Virus record (IMG/VR): IMGVR_UViG_3300025679_000007
Location: 7,285-71,284 of that record
Direction: 5' to 3' (one strand)
DNA length: 64,000 nucleotides
DNA from: a virus
The stretch's first letter is position 1, and every line of letters starts with the position of its first letter. Both the position numbers and the translations under genes were made by a program. Under the pieces are notes generated by a model that saw only the letters and a list, made by a program, of their open reading frames with translations, was not told the DNA's origin and searched no databases. Shown here in pieces: positions 27,622 through 37,891 of the stretch.

Positions 27622-29574
27622 TTAGTTCGCCGTCCAGGTGCCACCGGAACTGGCGGTATTGTAGTGCGTCGCGTCCTTCCCGAGCAGGCAGATACTATCG
27701 CCCGCCGCGCCGCCGGAGACGAACGTGCCGGTCCCTGCCGTTCCATAAGCGGACTGATCGGTCTTGCCGTATCGCGCGGATGAACCGATCGCGGCCAAGG
27801 TAATGACCGTCGAAACACCCACGTCGTTCTTGACGCAAAATTCGTCGCCGGCCGCCGGGACCGGAAGCGTGATCGTGCAAGTCCCGGTGCAAAGATAATA
27901 CGACCGTGGCGCCGCCAGGGTGGCGCTGGTTCCGGGCGCCTGGAGGGGCGATGCGGCAACGGAGGCGTTCGCGAGCGGCGTCGTCAGGGCGAGGGACGCG
28001 GCGCTGAGTGCTTCGGTGGTCGAGATTGTCGTCCCATTGTCCGTCAGACCAGATGCCGTCATGGCGCCGGAGCCATCAAGAAACTTCCCGATCGCGCCGC
28101 TTGTGATCGTGCCAAAGCCTGGGAACCCGAAGCCGCTCAGCACGCCCGATGACGACCATGCGTAGCCGTAAAAGCCATAGGGATGCAGCGTTGTGGCGAG
28201 CGGCAAACCGGCGATGGTCTGGCTGTTCGGCGCGATCGTGAGGGTGGCGCCGGCCTGCGCCGTCACCATTAGAGTTTGACCGCTCGCCAGGGTCGCCAGG
28301 GTCGCGGTCGCGGTGGTGCTCCAATCATCCTCGCCGCCAGGATTCGCCGTGGTCGCGGAATTGCCGTGGACAGTATCGACGGCGGTGAAATCGCAGACGC
28401 CGGAGGGACACGCCATCGTCGTGCCTGGCTCTATGATGCCGAACTGGCCCGAAGCGGCCTTCTGCACGACCGGCGCCGCGTCGGAGCGCATCGCCGTGGA
28501 CGCCGTGCCATTGACCGCCGTTGGCCCCGCCGTCGCGGTGGGATTGGCGAAGGTCGTTGAACCACCCACGGAACTGATGACGCCGGCGCTGATCGTGATG
28601 GTGGTACCGTCCGGCTTCACCGCACCCGCCGCGCCGGTTGTGGCCAGAGGGAGTAGCGAGGCCGTGACCAGGCCGCTGCTTGTCGTCTCGACGAGCGTGC
28701 TGTTGCCGGTCAGACCGTAGGGCACGCTGGTTGGGCTGCTGGTGCCGTTGCTCACAACGACCTGACCCGTAGTTGGCCACGTGACCGAGCCGCCCGATCC
28801 GTTCGCCGCCACCGTGACGCGGCCCTTCGCGTCCACCGTGACGTTCGCGCTCGTGAACGATCCGACGTTGCTGTTGACCGCCGCCAGGACCGCCGCCTGT
28901 GAGCCGGATCCCGGTCCCGCCGTCACGTCGCCGGTCAGGGTGGTGATGCCGGAGCCGCCGCCGCTACACGCTCCCGTAGTCCATATCCCCCCGGCTCCAA
29001 GCGCGCACTGCCCGTCAACCTCGGCCAGTCCCGTCGCGGCGCCCGTGCCGTGCCCGATCAGCAGCCCGGTCAGTGTCGCCGCGCCCGTCCCGCCCTGCGC
29101 CACGGACAGCGGCGTGGTGAGGCCGGACAGGGAGGTGATGTCTGTATTTGACCCGGCAAGCGCTATCGTTCTCCCGTTGGAGGCCGGAAGGAACAACGTG
29201 ACGCTTCCGAGTGCGCCAACGACTGGTTCCACCGTAAGCAGCCCACTCGTGGCGTTGCCCATGACGACGGAACCAAGTGTGCCGGACGCGCCAAGGGTCA
29301 GGACACCAAGGATGACATTCGCGTCCGCCGCTGGAGCGCACGCGCCGCTAACGCCATAAAGAACAATGTTGGTGGCCTGGCCACCGGCTGGCACGCAACC
29401 TATACCTCCGCCGCTGCTTATGGCCGCCGCGAGTGACTTGATTGTTCCGCCGATGTTTATTTGTATCTGGCTTGCCGGCACATTATGGTATGTATTGTTT
29501 GTTTTGACGACTGTTTCCTGGGCGTGCGCGACGCCAAATAAAAGGGACAGCGCCACCGCCAATCGAATCAGCAT
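27622..29574 (-). CDS. Tail-fibre-like protein with signal peptide
   Basis: MLIRLAVALSLLFGVAHA|Q; LSVAQGGTGA, VTVDAKGRVT, GAVKPDGTTITI fibre motifs. Confidence 0.75.
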   Translation of the reverse strand: MLIRLAVALSLLFGVAHAQETVVKTNNTYHNVPASQIQINIGGTIKSLAAAISSGGGIGCVPAGGQATNIVLYGVSGACAPAADANVILGVLTLGASGTLGSVVMGNATSGLLTVEPVVGALGSVTLFLPASNGRTIALAGSNTDITSLSGLTTPLSVAQGGTGAATLTGLLIGHGTGAATGLAEVDGQCALGAGGIWTTGACSGGGSGITTLTGDVTAGPGSGSQAAVLAAVNSNVGSFTSANVTVDAKGRVTVAANGSGGSVTWPTTGQVVVSNGTSSPTSVPYGLTGNSTLVETTSSGLVTASLLPLATTGAAGAVKPDGTTITISAGVISSVGGSTTFANPTATAGPTAVNGTASTAMRSDAAPVVQKAASGQFGIIEPGTTMACPSGVCDFTAVDTVHGNSATTANPGGEDDWSTTATATLATLASGQTLMVTAQAGATLTIAPNSQTIAGLPLATTLHPYGFYGYAWSSSGVLSGFGFPGFGTITSGAIGKFLDGSGAMTASGLTDNGTTISTTEALSAASLALTTPLANASVAASPLQAPGTSATLAAPRSYYLCTGTCTITLPVPAAGDEFCVKNDVGVSTVITLAAIGSSARYGKTDQSAYGTAGTGTFVSGGAAGDSICLLGKDATHYNTASSGGTWTAN

Positions 29575-29599
29575 TTTCTTGTTTCCTGTTCGATTGATT

Positions 29600-29956
29600 T
29601 CAATAAACTAACGGTTGCCCGTTGGCCTGCGGAAACTGGAATGTCAGCGCCCCACTGCCGTAGTTCGTGATGTTAACGCGAATTCCAGTGATGACGACGC
29701 CCAGCGCGGCCTGTGCCGAACCGGTCAATCCCGTCATGGTGGACATCGGAGCCCAGTTGCCTGTAGCCGAATTATAACCTGTCGCCATAACATCATCGCC
29801 GGTGATTTCCACGTTGAAGGTCATGGAAGCGCCAGATGAGAGGTTACAGATGATAGCCGGCGGTAATGATGCCGTGACGGACTGCGGCAGCACGACGACC
29901 GGAACCGAGGCGCCAGCGGCGGACAAGACTTGTGTACTTAGTGCAAAGCCTCGCAT
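29600..29956 (-). CDS. Small beta-sandwich virion protein
   Basis: AGGAG SD; FNVE..W..GIRVNIT pattern resembling 54648-55058. Confidence 0.65.
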   Translation of the reverse strand: MRGFALSTQVLSAAGASVPVVVLPQSVTASLPPAIICNLSSGASMTFNVEITGDDVMATGYNSATGNWAPMSTMTGLTGSAQAALGVVITGIRVNITNYGSGALTFQFPQANGQPLVY

Positions 29957-30079
29957 GGGCCACTCCTGTAATGAAATTCAGTAAACTCTCTGCCAGCCAG
30001 GCACACGGCTTCTCATGCGCTATCGCGCGGACCGGCATTCCGCTGTCGCCTGAAAGGCGATAGTCCCCAACCGGTGGCT

Positions 30080-33000
30080 TCAATGGACGGAAATTGTCTC
30101 GCCTGTTTTCCGCGCGCGCTGCATCGCCGCCGCGTCCCGCGGAATGCCGGGGTATTTCATCATGACCATCCCCTCGGCGGCGGTGCGGGCCTGGCGGATC
30201 GTTTCCTGAATGGCCTCATGGCGGGTCGTGTTTGGCCACGCCTGATAATTCGGTGAGCGCACGATTTTATCGAGTTGCATCTTGGCGGTGCGCCCCGCGA
30301 TCCGCGCGTAATCGTCGTATTGTTCGTCGGTCAACGGCACATTGCGGATTCGGCGCTCGACCGGCGCGGGGCCAAGGCCGAGCGCCAGCAGCGCCTGATT
30401 GACCGGATCGGAACTGACCTGACGTTCGTAAATCGCCGTCACGCCAGGCCCCAGCAGCGCCGCCCCGTTCGGCATCGGGTCGCCCCAGATGTCACGCCGC
30501 GGGAACAGGCTTTCGGACATACCGGGAACCTTGGACCGGATCGCGTCCATGATGGTGCGGGCCTGCCGCGACCACGGATCGGTAGCGCGGGCCATTTGCG
30601 CCATACCGACGGAATAGGGCAGGAAAGACGAAAGGAAATTACGGACATAGCCGGCGCCATACCGCCCAGAGTCAGTGACCGCCTTGATCAGGTCAGATGG
30701 GCCGCGCATGAAACTTTCATCGAGGATGTTCTGCGAAAAAGCGTGCATCAGAGACTTTCCCACCACGTCGGCATCTTCGGTGCCGATCTGATGGACGACA
30801 TCGTACATGTCGGCCGCGACGCTCATCAGCATTCCCATTGGGCCGAGCCGGTGCACATCGTACCAGAGGTCACCGATACGGACGCTATGCGCCTGATTTC
30901 CCGCCAATCGCCACATCGCGGCCTTGTTTGGATCGGCTGGTCCTGATCCGCTGACAAGCCCTTGCGAGGCGAGGCCGCCGAACGTGACCGCGAGTGAAGT
31001 CCCGACCAACATTTTCGCCATGGCCGTGTCCTGCGCGATATTGCCGTTACGACCCGAGAGGTCAGCGCGGATTTCACGTCCAAAAAGCCCGATCGGCGTC
31101 CGCTGCCACAAGGACTGGTTCATGATGTTGCCGGCGATATGCACGAACGGATCAACGAATTTCAGGAGCGCCGTCTCGCCGAGCACGGGCAGGTTATAGG
31201 TCTTGTTGAAGAACGCACTCAGGTTCTGGGTCAGCCGTCCGCCCTGGCCCATCAAGGTCAGGTCGGTTGCCTTACCCCTGGCCTGCTCCATCATTTCCTC
31301 GGACGGGTTCTGTCTCAGGTCGGCAATCCGCGCGGTGCGCGCCATCCCTGACAGGCCCTCCTCCATCGCCTGCCGGTAGGCGAGCGCGTTGACTTCCATC
31401 GAATAGTTCATGGCGCGGAACGTGCTGTGGATGGCGGCGACGGCTCGGCTCGGTAGCCGCGCCAGGGTGCCAAGCGGTACGACTTTGACCCCTTTATAAG
31501 CAAAATCAGGGATCTGCCCGAGTGGCGAATAGACCGGCCCTATCATCGGCGCCCTCGGCACGCCGCCGGCCTTGACGAGTTCGCCGGTCGCGACAAGGCC
31601 ATCGCGCATTCCCTGGACCAACCCGTAAGCATCCCCAGCCGCTTCGCGCCATGTGACCGGGGCGTTTGTCATTCCCCGCGCCATGGTCAGAGATGTGTCG
31701 CCCTGGAACGGCATCAGGGGCCGCGCCTCTTCCCCTGGTAGCATCGTCGTGGCGCCGGAGCGCAACGCCTCAACACCAGCCTGGACCGCCGCCGGCGCTT
31801 CCGTGGCCGCGGCCCGCAACTGCGCGCCAACCTCGCCGAACCGGACCCTGGAGCCTTGTCGTCCCATCCGGGCCCGCAGCGCACCGATCGCCGCCGCCGC
31901 CGCCGTTTCCGGGCCGGCTTTTTCGATTGCCAGAATGCCGTTGCCAATCACGTAAGTCGCGTGCGTCGACGGACCGGAAATCAGCCCATTGATCCAGTAT
32001 TCGAGCACCATGCCACCGTAGGACCGCCGTTGTGAGTCGCGCAGCAGCTTCGCCACCTTGCCCGGCGTATCCATTCGTGCGCCTAGCTTCGCCACCATCG
32101 CGAGTTGGTACAAGTCCTTCCCCGCGTTGTCCTTCATGAACTGGTTGAGGTCCTTGGCGTGCTGCCAGTCCTTCATGTTTCGGAACGACATACCGAGGTT
32201 GCGGCCCTGTTTCGCCGTCACGCCGGATAGCGTCGTCATCATCATGTCGAACCGCGCCATTTCCACGGTCGAGGCCGCGATATCGGTCGGCGCCTGGGTC
32301 TCGGCGGCCTTCGCCCATAGTTCATGAACGAGCCTGCCTTGCTGTCCGATGATGTCGCGCAACGCCCAGATTTTGGGGCCAAGGTCTTCAACGCCGCCAA
32401 ACAGGCGGCCGAGTTGGGCCTCGGTGATGGTCGCCGGGTCGAGGTCCATGGCCTGCGCCAGGTCGATCATCGCGCCCATCGTGGCCTTGCCGCGAACCGC
32501 TTCGTATTTGCCGTTCCGCTCCGCTGAGTCCATCGCCGCCTGAATGAAGCCGGCGCTATCGTCGATGTTCCTTACACGGACGTTTCCGGCGAGGTCGACG
32601 GCTTCGGTTGATCCGGTGTCGGCGAAGGATTCGGCTGGGGTTGGGGCGAACTGTTCAATCCCAGGATTTGCGCCAGTGCCTGGTCGTCGGTCTGCAACAG
32701 GGGGTTCGGCGGCCGCGCCGCCTCCCACGCCATGGCTTTCTGACTCAGCCTTACCGCCGCCTGGCTCGACCGCGCCGCGATCTGTGCTACCGCCGCCGCT
32801 TCGGGGGAGAGGTTCGGATTGGCCGCTACCCGAGTCCAGTGTTCGACCTGCCGTTGGTCCTCGGCCAGTTTCTGTTCCAGCGTCTGATATTGCTGTTCCG
32901 GGTTGGTCGGCGGGTTCGGCCTGGGGGGCGAGTCCATGTGTGACCTCTGGTGGCTGTCCGGCTACATAACGGTCCCGCTCGCTGACAACCCGGTTCCGAA

Positions 33001-36000
33001 CCGCCTCCGCCTCGTGCGGCCGGGCTTCCGCCGCGTCCGCTTCGTGGATGTCGGCGATGCTGCCTTGTGGCTCCGGCACCTCTCCATGGGTGATCCGTCG
33101 CGGTTCGATCGCCAGCATCCGGTTGAACACGCCCCGGATATCGTCATTGATCGGCGCTCCAAGTCCACGGAGCGTTCGGTATATCGTGGTCAGCCAACCC
33201 TTGAACTTCGCGAAAACACTATCCAAAGCCCGGCTCGGGGCGTGGCCTTCCCGCAAATACTGCTCGAAGCCCCGCGCGAAACGTTCCTGGGGCAGTACAT
33301 CCGGCTTACCATCGCGCTTAAATCCTGTCCAGTCTTCCGATCGTTGCAGCCAGCGCCGGACCGTCGTGGCATCCGCCCGGAGGTCCGGCGGTGCCAGTTC
33401 ATGGCGGGAATCGCTCATCAGTTGCTTCAGCCAGTCGTGGCTGGTCTCGTGCATGAACGTGCTGGCATCGGCCGTTCGGGACAGGGTGATGATGGAGCGG
33501 ACGTCGCCAGGCGCCATGCGAATGCGACCTTGAATCGCGGCGCGGGCGCGTTGGTAGAGAGTATCGGGCGTCGCGGGGTGGTTGGCGCCAATGGGTTCGG
33601 ACTGTTTTGTTAGAACCTCGCGGAACGCTTCATAAGCGTTCTTCGTCTCCCAATGCCCGGTGGGATCGCCTTCTTTGTTAAATATCGTCACGCGCCAACC
33701 GTCAGGCGGATAATTCAAATCGTGGCTGACCAGAAATTTTAAGCCGCCGCGCCCCTGAAATGCCGCCGGCTTGCCGGCGTCAGCGTAGCGTTGGGCCAGG
33801 GCACGAACCTGCCGTCCGCGTTGCAGTAATTCTTCCCATGTTGGAGTTACGTGTTGGAACAGTTCGCCACCCGGCTCATCTTTCGGTGCGAACAGCCCTG
33901 CATCCGCAGGTCGTTGCTCTCCTTCCCCGCGTAACGCCCCGCGGCCAGCCTGATCACGCGCCGCCTGTGCCTGAACGGCGGACGGTTCGGTTCCGGGAAT
34001 TGTGATTTGGCGTTCGTCAGTCCGGATCGTCGGTTCGGCCGCGCGGGACGCCAGTGGTTCGGTGATCAGTTGGCCAAGAAGATCGCGTGCCTGAGTGTCG
34101 TGAGCGTCAGGCGGCGCTAGTTCAGGCTCTCTTGCTGCGCCAAGGACAGAGCCGCGATCGTTTGGCCTTTCACCCAGGCCTTCTGAAAGTCGCTTTCGGA
34201 TAATCCCAAGGAATTCTCTGGCACCACCGGCGGCGCCGATTTCTCCGTCGCGAACACGTCTCGCGATGCCGGTGAGGGCATCGCTGACTGGTCCTTTGCG
34301 GGTCGCGAGTTGCGTGAGGAGTTGACGGGCTTGCTCATCGGTCGTCAGTCTATTCCGATTTGCTTCTGTATCAAGCACATTTTCTCCGTGCCCTTGGATG
34401 CGATCAGCTTCACTGACCAAGGTGTGAAACGTCGTTCGATCGCGGCCCAGTTGACGCATCGCTTCACTGGCCACCTTGGCGCGTTCCAAAGTCGCGCTGG
34501 CGGCGTAATGTTCCTCTCCGAATAAAGTACCTTGAGTACTGGCCTCAGTCGCGGTCTCCATGACATCGCGGACAATGAATTCGGCCTCCTGTAGGCTACC
34601 TGGCTTCGCCTTGGCGAGCACTCGCATCGCTTCGACCTGCCGCGCCGGGTCAGTTACGATCCGGCCCACGATCGCGGCCTGCCCGGTGGGAACGACATCG
34701 TTGACGGCCATCCCGAAAGCGTCAGCCGAAAGTCGCGCCAGGGCGCGGCCATCACGCGCCAAAGTGGAACGAGGCGGCAGTGGCGGAACCTCAAGATCGG
34801 CGACTTCGGCCTCTTTCACAACCTTGGCGGCATCAATGGCCGTTCCGGTTCCTTCCGTGATGTTTTTCGCCGCCGCGATGACCCGCGCCTGCGCATCCGT
34901 CATGCCGTCACGCGCATCCAAAACGAAAGCATTCAGGCGGATTCCGGACTGCCCGGCGGCGACAAGGCGCTTTGCCAACCCAAGCCGCTGGTGGCCGTCC
35001 GCGATCCAGTTCCGACCTTCGGCATCCCGGAAAACCAACACAGTCCCGGCAAAGCGTGGATCCCATGTCTCAACGCCTTCCAGCCGGTCCGTGACACCTG
35101 CTTCATCACCACCCCCCTTGAACTGGAACCGGGCCGCGTCAACACCAATTTCGGCGGGGTCAAGCGATTCCAGGCCTCCGTTACCGCTGGCATGGGTCTG
35201 GATGTTCGGCTGCTCTGGCGTTGGTAGCAGTGGCGCTACACGATCAAATTCGGCACCGGCTGGAGGTCCTTGCTCGCCCCCTGCTGCTGGTTCGGCGGCG
35301 ACTGCGGGGCGCTCTCCGGTTGGCTCGACGGCTGCGGCTGGGGCAACGACTGGCTCACCGGCAACTGCTGTGCCGCCTGTCCCTGCGCCTTCTGGTTCGC
35401 CGCGTCCTCCAGTCCCAACGACAGGTCCAGGTGGTTCGCCGCCTTCTGGTACTGGTCCCGCACCGGGCGCGGCAGGTTCTGGTTCCCTGCCGCCGCCAAG
35501 GCGTTGCTCCGTTGCAGCAATTTCGCTCGGCGGTCGATGCTCACGTTCCAGTTCCTCCAATGGCCGCGACTGATCGGAATCGTAGAAGCGATCCGGGTCT
35601 TCGGTGACTTCCGGCGCAGCCTCCGCCGCCGCGCGTTCCGCTTCCCGGTATTCGATCTGCCCGGCCTCGGCCTCGGCGTTGATCTCGTCGACCACCCGTT
35701 CCGATGGGAGGCGATCGACTACGGCGGCGATCACGGCGGCCGGTGGCGCTTCAGTCTTGGGGAGGCCGATCGTCGCGGCCAGCCGGTCCAATTCCGGGTT
35801 GCGCGCCGGCTCAACGGATGCCGCGCCTGCGCGTTGCCGCGTCTGCCAGTCCGACAGGGCGAGCAATTCCTGATTTTGTACCGCGATGATCGCCTTCGGA
35901 TCGCGGATGCCGTCTTCGAGGGCGATGTCGGCGCCGGTGCGGATGCGCGGGCGCACCGATGGATCGATCGCCTCGGTCTGAGCGGGACGCTCCAACACCG

Positions 36001-37891
36001 CCGTTCCGCCGTCGGTCGGCGTGGCGCGCGCCAAAACCTCCTGGTCCTGTATCTGCTTCGCCTTGGTCGCGCTGACCTTCTCTTGCGCCTGAATGTCGGC
36101 AATGGCCCGGATCGGTTGGGGCGCCGCGCCCCGCGTGACGGGTGGGGTGGATTCTGGCGGAACCTGCCCGTCCGGCCCGATCACCCGCGCAGCTCTCGCT
36201 CGGTACAGATCTTCCGCCGAACCCAACGCGCCATTAAACCGCCGCGCCAAAGTCTCGTAATACGCGGCTTCGACGTGTGCGCTTTGCTCCGCCACATCGC
36301 GCGGCGACCCAGCCGCCATGAGTTGCGCGGTGCGATCCGCCGTGATGAAGGCGCGCTGCGCCTCAATAGATTTTTGCGGGGCGGCTTCCGGCCCTGGCTC
36401 GGGAGGCGGAACCTCGGCGGCAACGGTCGGCGACTCTTCCGCTGGTGTCTGTTCCGGTTCTTCGACGTGATCCGCCGCCCGGCGCCGTGCCGCCGAAATG
36501 TCCGGTCCCAGGTCCCAAAGCGCGTGCTCGGTGTCCATGAGATGCTGACGGGCCAGAAGAATGTCCGGCGTATCAACGTGCGTGCCGGATTCCCATGCCG
36601 AGCGACGGGCGCCAAGGTCTTGCTCCTGAGTCGCGATATCGGCTAGCTCGGCCCGAAACCCGCGCGCGGCCGGGCCACGCGGATTGGCGTTGCGTAGCGC
36701 TTCTTCCGCCGCGTACCGCTTCGCCGCCAGGTCATCGAACGCTTCGTCCGGCGGGTTGCTTTGGGTGTCGATCCAGGACCGGAGCGCATCCCGTTGTGTC
36801 AGCAATTCGTCGTTGCGCTGGAACACTTCCGGGCTCAACCGCCGCGCGATCGCGTCGACATCCGGGGTGGACAGGGGACCGAGCGCCGTCTGTTCGTCCG
36901 CCGCGGCATTGTTCGCCGCGATTTTCGTCGTGAGGCTTTGCTCTTCATCCCCACGGAACGTGGACTCGGTAATGCCCGGCCCAAGCACGCCAAGATCGCC
37001 AGCCTGCGCCACCGTCGGTTCGGTTGGACTGAGCACGCCTTCCGGCGGGACGGCGGTCGGATGAAACGCTCCGGCGCCAAGATTGGTCAGGTATTCGCCA
37101 AACCGGGTCGGCTTGTTGAACACCATCCCAAACCCGGTCGAAATCCCGATCTTGGCCCAGTCCGGTGTCTGGCCGCTCCATTCCTCCTGGCCGAGTTCCA
37201 TGCCGCCCATCGCCGCCCCACCGAACAGCCGCCCGGTGAGCGGGTTCGCCATGAGGCGCTGGAACGCCGTGGCATCGGCCGGTAGGTTCAGTGCCTTGGT
37301 GGCGAGCGAACCTGGCATCATCGTGACGGCGTACGGAGCCATTCCCCCGATGAAGGATGACAGAGGATGCTGGCTCTCTTGCAGCCGCTGGATGCGATCG
37401 GACTGGCCAAGCGCGTCCTGCCAGTTGTCCGGCATTTGGTGCAACACGAAATCCTGCGCGCCTTCGACGGCGGATGAGCCGGCAAAGAAGCCGCCTAGAC
37501 CACCGACAAGTCCGCCAACCGCCGCGCCAACCGGCGCGACTACAGGGGCCGCCGGGCCGGCAAGAGCGCCAAGCCCCGCGCCGAACAACGCACCGGCCTC
37601 CGCACCCGCGCCGGCCGCCGCAAGCCCTCCGGCGGCGGGCAACGCACCGTGAATCGCGTGCGAAATAAAGGCGCCAATGCCGGAGGTCTGGACCGGCGCC
37701 ACGGGCTGTAAATTCAGGTCGGCGAATGGGTCCGGTCCGACAGGCTGATCCGGACTCGCTGATGGATCAATATCAGCGAAAGGGTCCGGACCAACTGGTT
37801 GAGTCAGGTGGCCCGGCGCCTCAATGGGAACCATTTTCCCGGCACCGGCGTCAAACCGAAATCCAGGATGGGTATCGGTGGTATCTCCCAT
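30080..37891 (-). CDS. Giant ejection/internal virion protein (polyvalent; ParB-like and HExxH domains)
   Basis: T7 gp16 position; RFQFK..WD..IADGHQR ParB-like domain; STFMHETSH..ERFARGFEQYL. Confidence 0.85.
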   Translation of the reverse strand: MGDTTDTHPGFRFDAGAGKMVPIEAPGHLTQPVGPDPFADIDPSASPDQPVGPDPFADLNLQPVAPVQTSGIGAFISHAIHGALPAAGGLAAAGAGAEAGALFGAGLGALAGPAAPVVAPVGAAVGGLVGGLGGFFAGSSAVEGAQDFVLHQMPDNWQDALGQSDRIQRLQESQHPLSSFIGGMAPYAVTMMPGSLATKALNLPADATAFQRLMANPLTGRLFGGAAMGGMELGQEEWSGQTPDWAKIGISTGFGMVFNKPTRFGEYLTNLGAGAFHPTAVPPEGVLSPTEPTVAQAGDLGVLGPGITESTFRGDEEQSLTTKIAANNAAADEQTALGPLSTPDVDAIARRLSPEVFQRNDELLTQRDALRSWIDTQSNPPDEAFDDLAAKRYAAEEALRNANPRGPAARGFRAELADIATQEQDLGARRSAWESGTHVDTPDILLARQHLMDTEHALWDLGPDISAARRRAADHVEEPEQTPAEESPTVAAEVPPPEPGPEAAPQKSIEAQRAFITADRTAQLMAAGSPRDVAEQSAHVEAAYYETLARRFNGALGSAEDLYRARAARVIGPDGQVPPESTPPVTRGAAPQPIRAIADIQAQEKVSATKAKQIQDQEVLARATPTDGGTAVLERPAQTEAIDPSVRPRIRTGADIALEDGIRDPKAIIAVQNQELLALSDWQTRQRAGAASVEPARNPELDRLAATIGLPKTEAPPAAVIAAVVDRLPSERVVDEINAEAEAGQIEYREAERAAAEAAPEVTEDPDRFYDSDQSRPLEELEREHRPPSEIAATEQRLGGGREPEPAAPGAGPVPEGGEPPGPVVGTGGRGEPEGAGTGGTAVAGEPVVAPAAAVEPTGERPAVAAEPAAGGEQGPPAGAEFDRVAPLLPTPEQPNIQTHASGNGGLESLDPAEIGVDAARFQFKGGGDEAGVTDRLEGVETWDPRFAGTVLVFRDAEGRNWIADGHQRLGLAKRLVAAGQSGIRLNAFVLDARDGMTDAQARVIAAAKNITEGTGTAIDAAKVVKEAEVADLEVPPLPPRSTLARDGRALARLSADAFGMAVNDVVPTGQAAIVGRIVTDPARQVEAMRVLAKAKPGSLQEAEFIVRDVMETATEASTQGTLFGEEHYAASATLERAKVASEAMRQLGRDRTTFHTLVSEADRIQGHGENVLDTEANRNRLTTDEQARQLLTQLATRKGPVSDALTGIARRVRDGEIGAAGGAREFLGIIRKRLSEGLGERPNDRGSVLGAAREPELAPPDAHDTQARDLLGQLITEPLASRAAEPTIRTDERQITIPGTEPSAVQAQAARDQAGRGALRGEGEQRPADAGLFAPKDEPGGELFQHVTPTWEELLQRGRQVRALAQRYADAGKPAAFQGRGGLKFLVSHDLNYPPDGWRVTIFNKEGDPTGHWETKNAYEAFREVLTKQSEPIGANHPATPDTLYQRARAAIQGRIRMAPGDVRSIITLSRTADASTFMHETSHDWLKQLMSDSRHELAPPDLRADATTVRRWLQRSEDWTGFKRDGKPDVLPQERFARGFEQYLREGHAPSRALDSVFAKFKGWLTTIYRTLRGLGAPINDDIRGVFNRMLAIEPRRITHGEVPEPQGSIADIHEADAAEARPHEAEAVRNRVVSERDRYVAGQPPEVTHGLAPQAEPADQPGTAISDAGTETGRGPTAGRTLDSGSGQSEPLPRSGGGSTDRGAVEPGGGKAESESHGVGGGAAAEPPVADRRPGTGANPGIEQFAPTPAESFADTGSTEAVDLAGNVRVRNIDDSAGFIQAAMDSAERNGKYEAVRGKATMGAMIDLAQAMDLDPATITEAQLGRLFGGVEDLGPKIWALRDIIGQQGRLVHELWAKAAETQAPTDIAASTVEMARFDMMMTTLSGVTAKQGRNLGMSFRNMKDWQHAKDLNQFMKDNAGKDLYQLAMVAKLGARMDTPGKVAKLLRDSQRRSYGGMVLEYWINGLISGPSTHATYVIGNGILAIEKAGPETAAAAAIGALRARMGRQGSRVRFGEVGAQLRAAATEAPAAVQAGVEALRSGATTMLPGEEARPLMPFQGDTSLTMARGMTNAPVTWREAAGDAYGLVQGMRDGLVATGELVKAGGVPRAPMIGPVYSPLGQIPDFAYKGVKVVPLGTLARLPSRAVAAIHSTFRAMNYSMEVNALAYRQAMEEGLSGMARTARIADLRQNPSEEMMEQARGKATDLTLMGQGGRLTQNLSAFFNKTYNLPVLGETALLKFVDPFVHIAGNIMNQSLWQRTPIGLFGREIRADLSGRNGNIAQDTAMAKMLVGTSLAVTFGGLASQGLVSGSGPADPNKAAMWRLAGNQAHSVRIGDLWYDVHRLGPMGMLMSVAADMYDVVHQIGTEDADVVGKSLMHAFSQNILDESFMRGPSDLIKAVTDSGRYGAGYVRNFLSSFLPYSVGMAQMARATDPWSRQARTIMDAIRSKVPGMSESLFPRRDIWGDPMPNGAALLGPGVTAIYERQVSSDPVNQALLALGLGPAPVERRIRNVPLTDEQYDDYARIAGRTAKMQLDKIVRSPNYQAWPNTTRHEAIQETIRQARTAAEGMVMMKYPGIPRDAAAMQRARKTGETISVH
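32572..32937 (-). CDS. Candidate nested gene (+1 frame) in giant ejection gene
   Basis: CCAGAGGTCACAC-ATG; helical protein-like sequence. Confidence 0.5.
   Translation of the reverse strand: MDSPPRPNPPTNPEQQYQTLEQKLAEDQRQVEHWTRVAANPNLSPEAAAVAQIAARSSQAAVRLSQKAMAWEAARPPNPLLQTDDQALAQILGLNSSPQPQPNPSPTPDQPKPSTSPETSV
35236..35544 (-). CDS. Candidate nested gene (+1 frame) in giant ejection gene
   Basis: TTGGAGGAACTGGAAC-GTG; GC3 bias favours the nested frame. Confidence 0.5.
   Translation of the reverse strand: MSIDRRAKLLQRSNALAAAGNQNLPRPVRDQYQKAANHLDLSLGLEDAANQKAQGQAAQQLPVSQSLPQPQPSSQPESAPQSPPNQQQGASKDLQPVPNLIV

Noticed and set aside
34345-34575. Additional nested ORF in the giant gene
   Set aside because: No SD seen and the translation is not protein-like
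34560-36646. Long + strand ORFs (337 aa and 458 aa)
   Set aside because: Antisense shadows of the high-GC giant gene with no protein-like features
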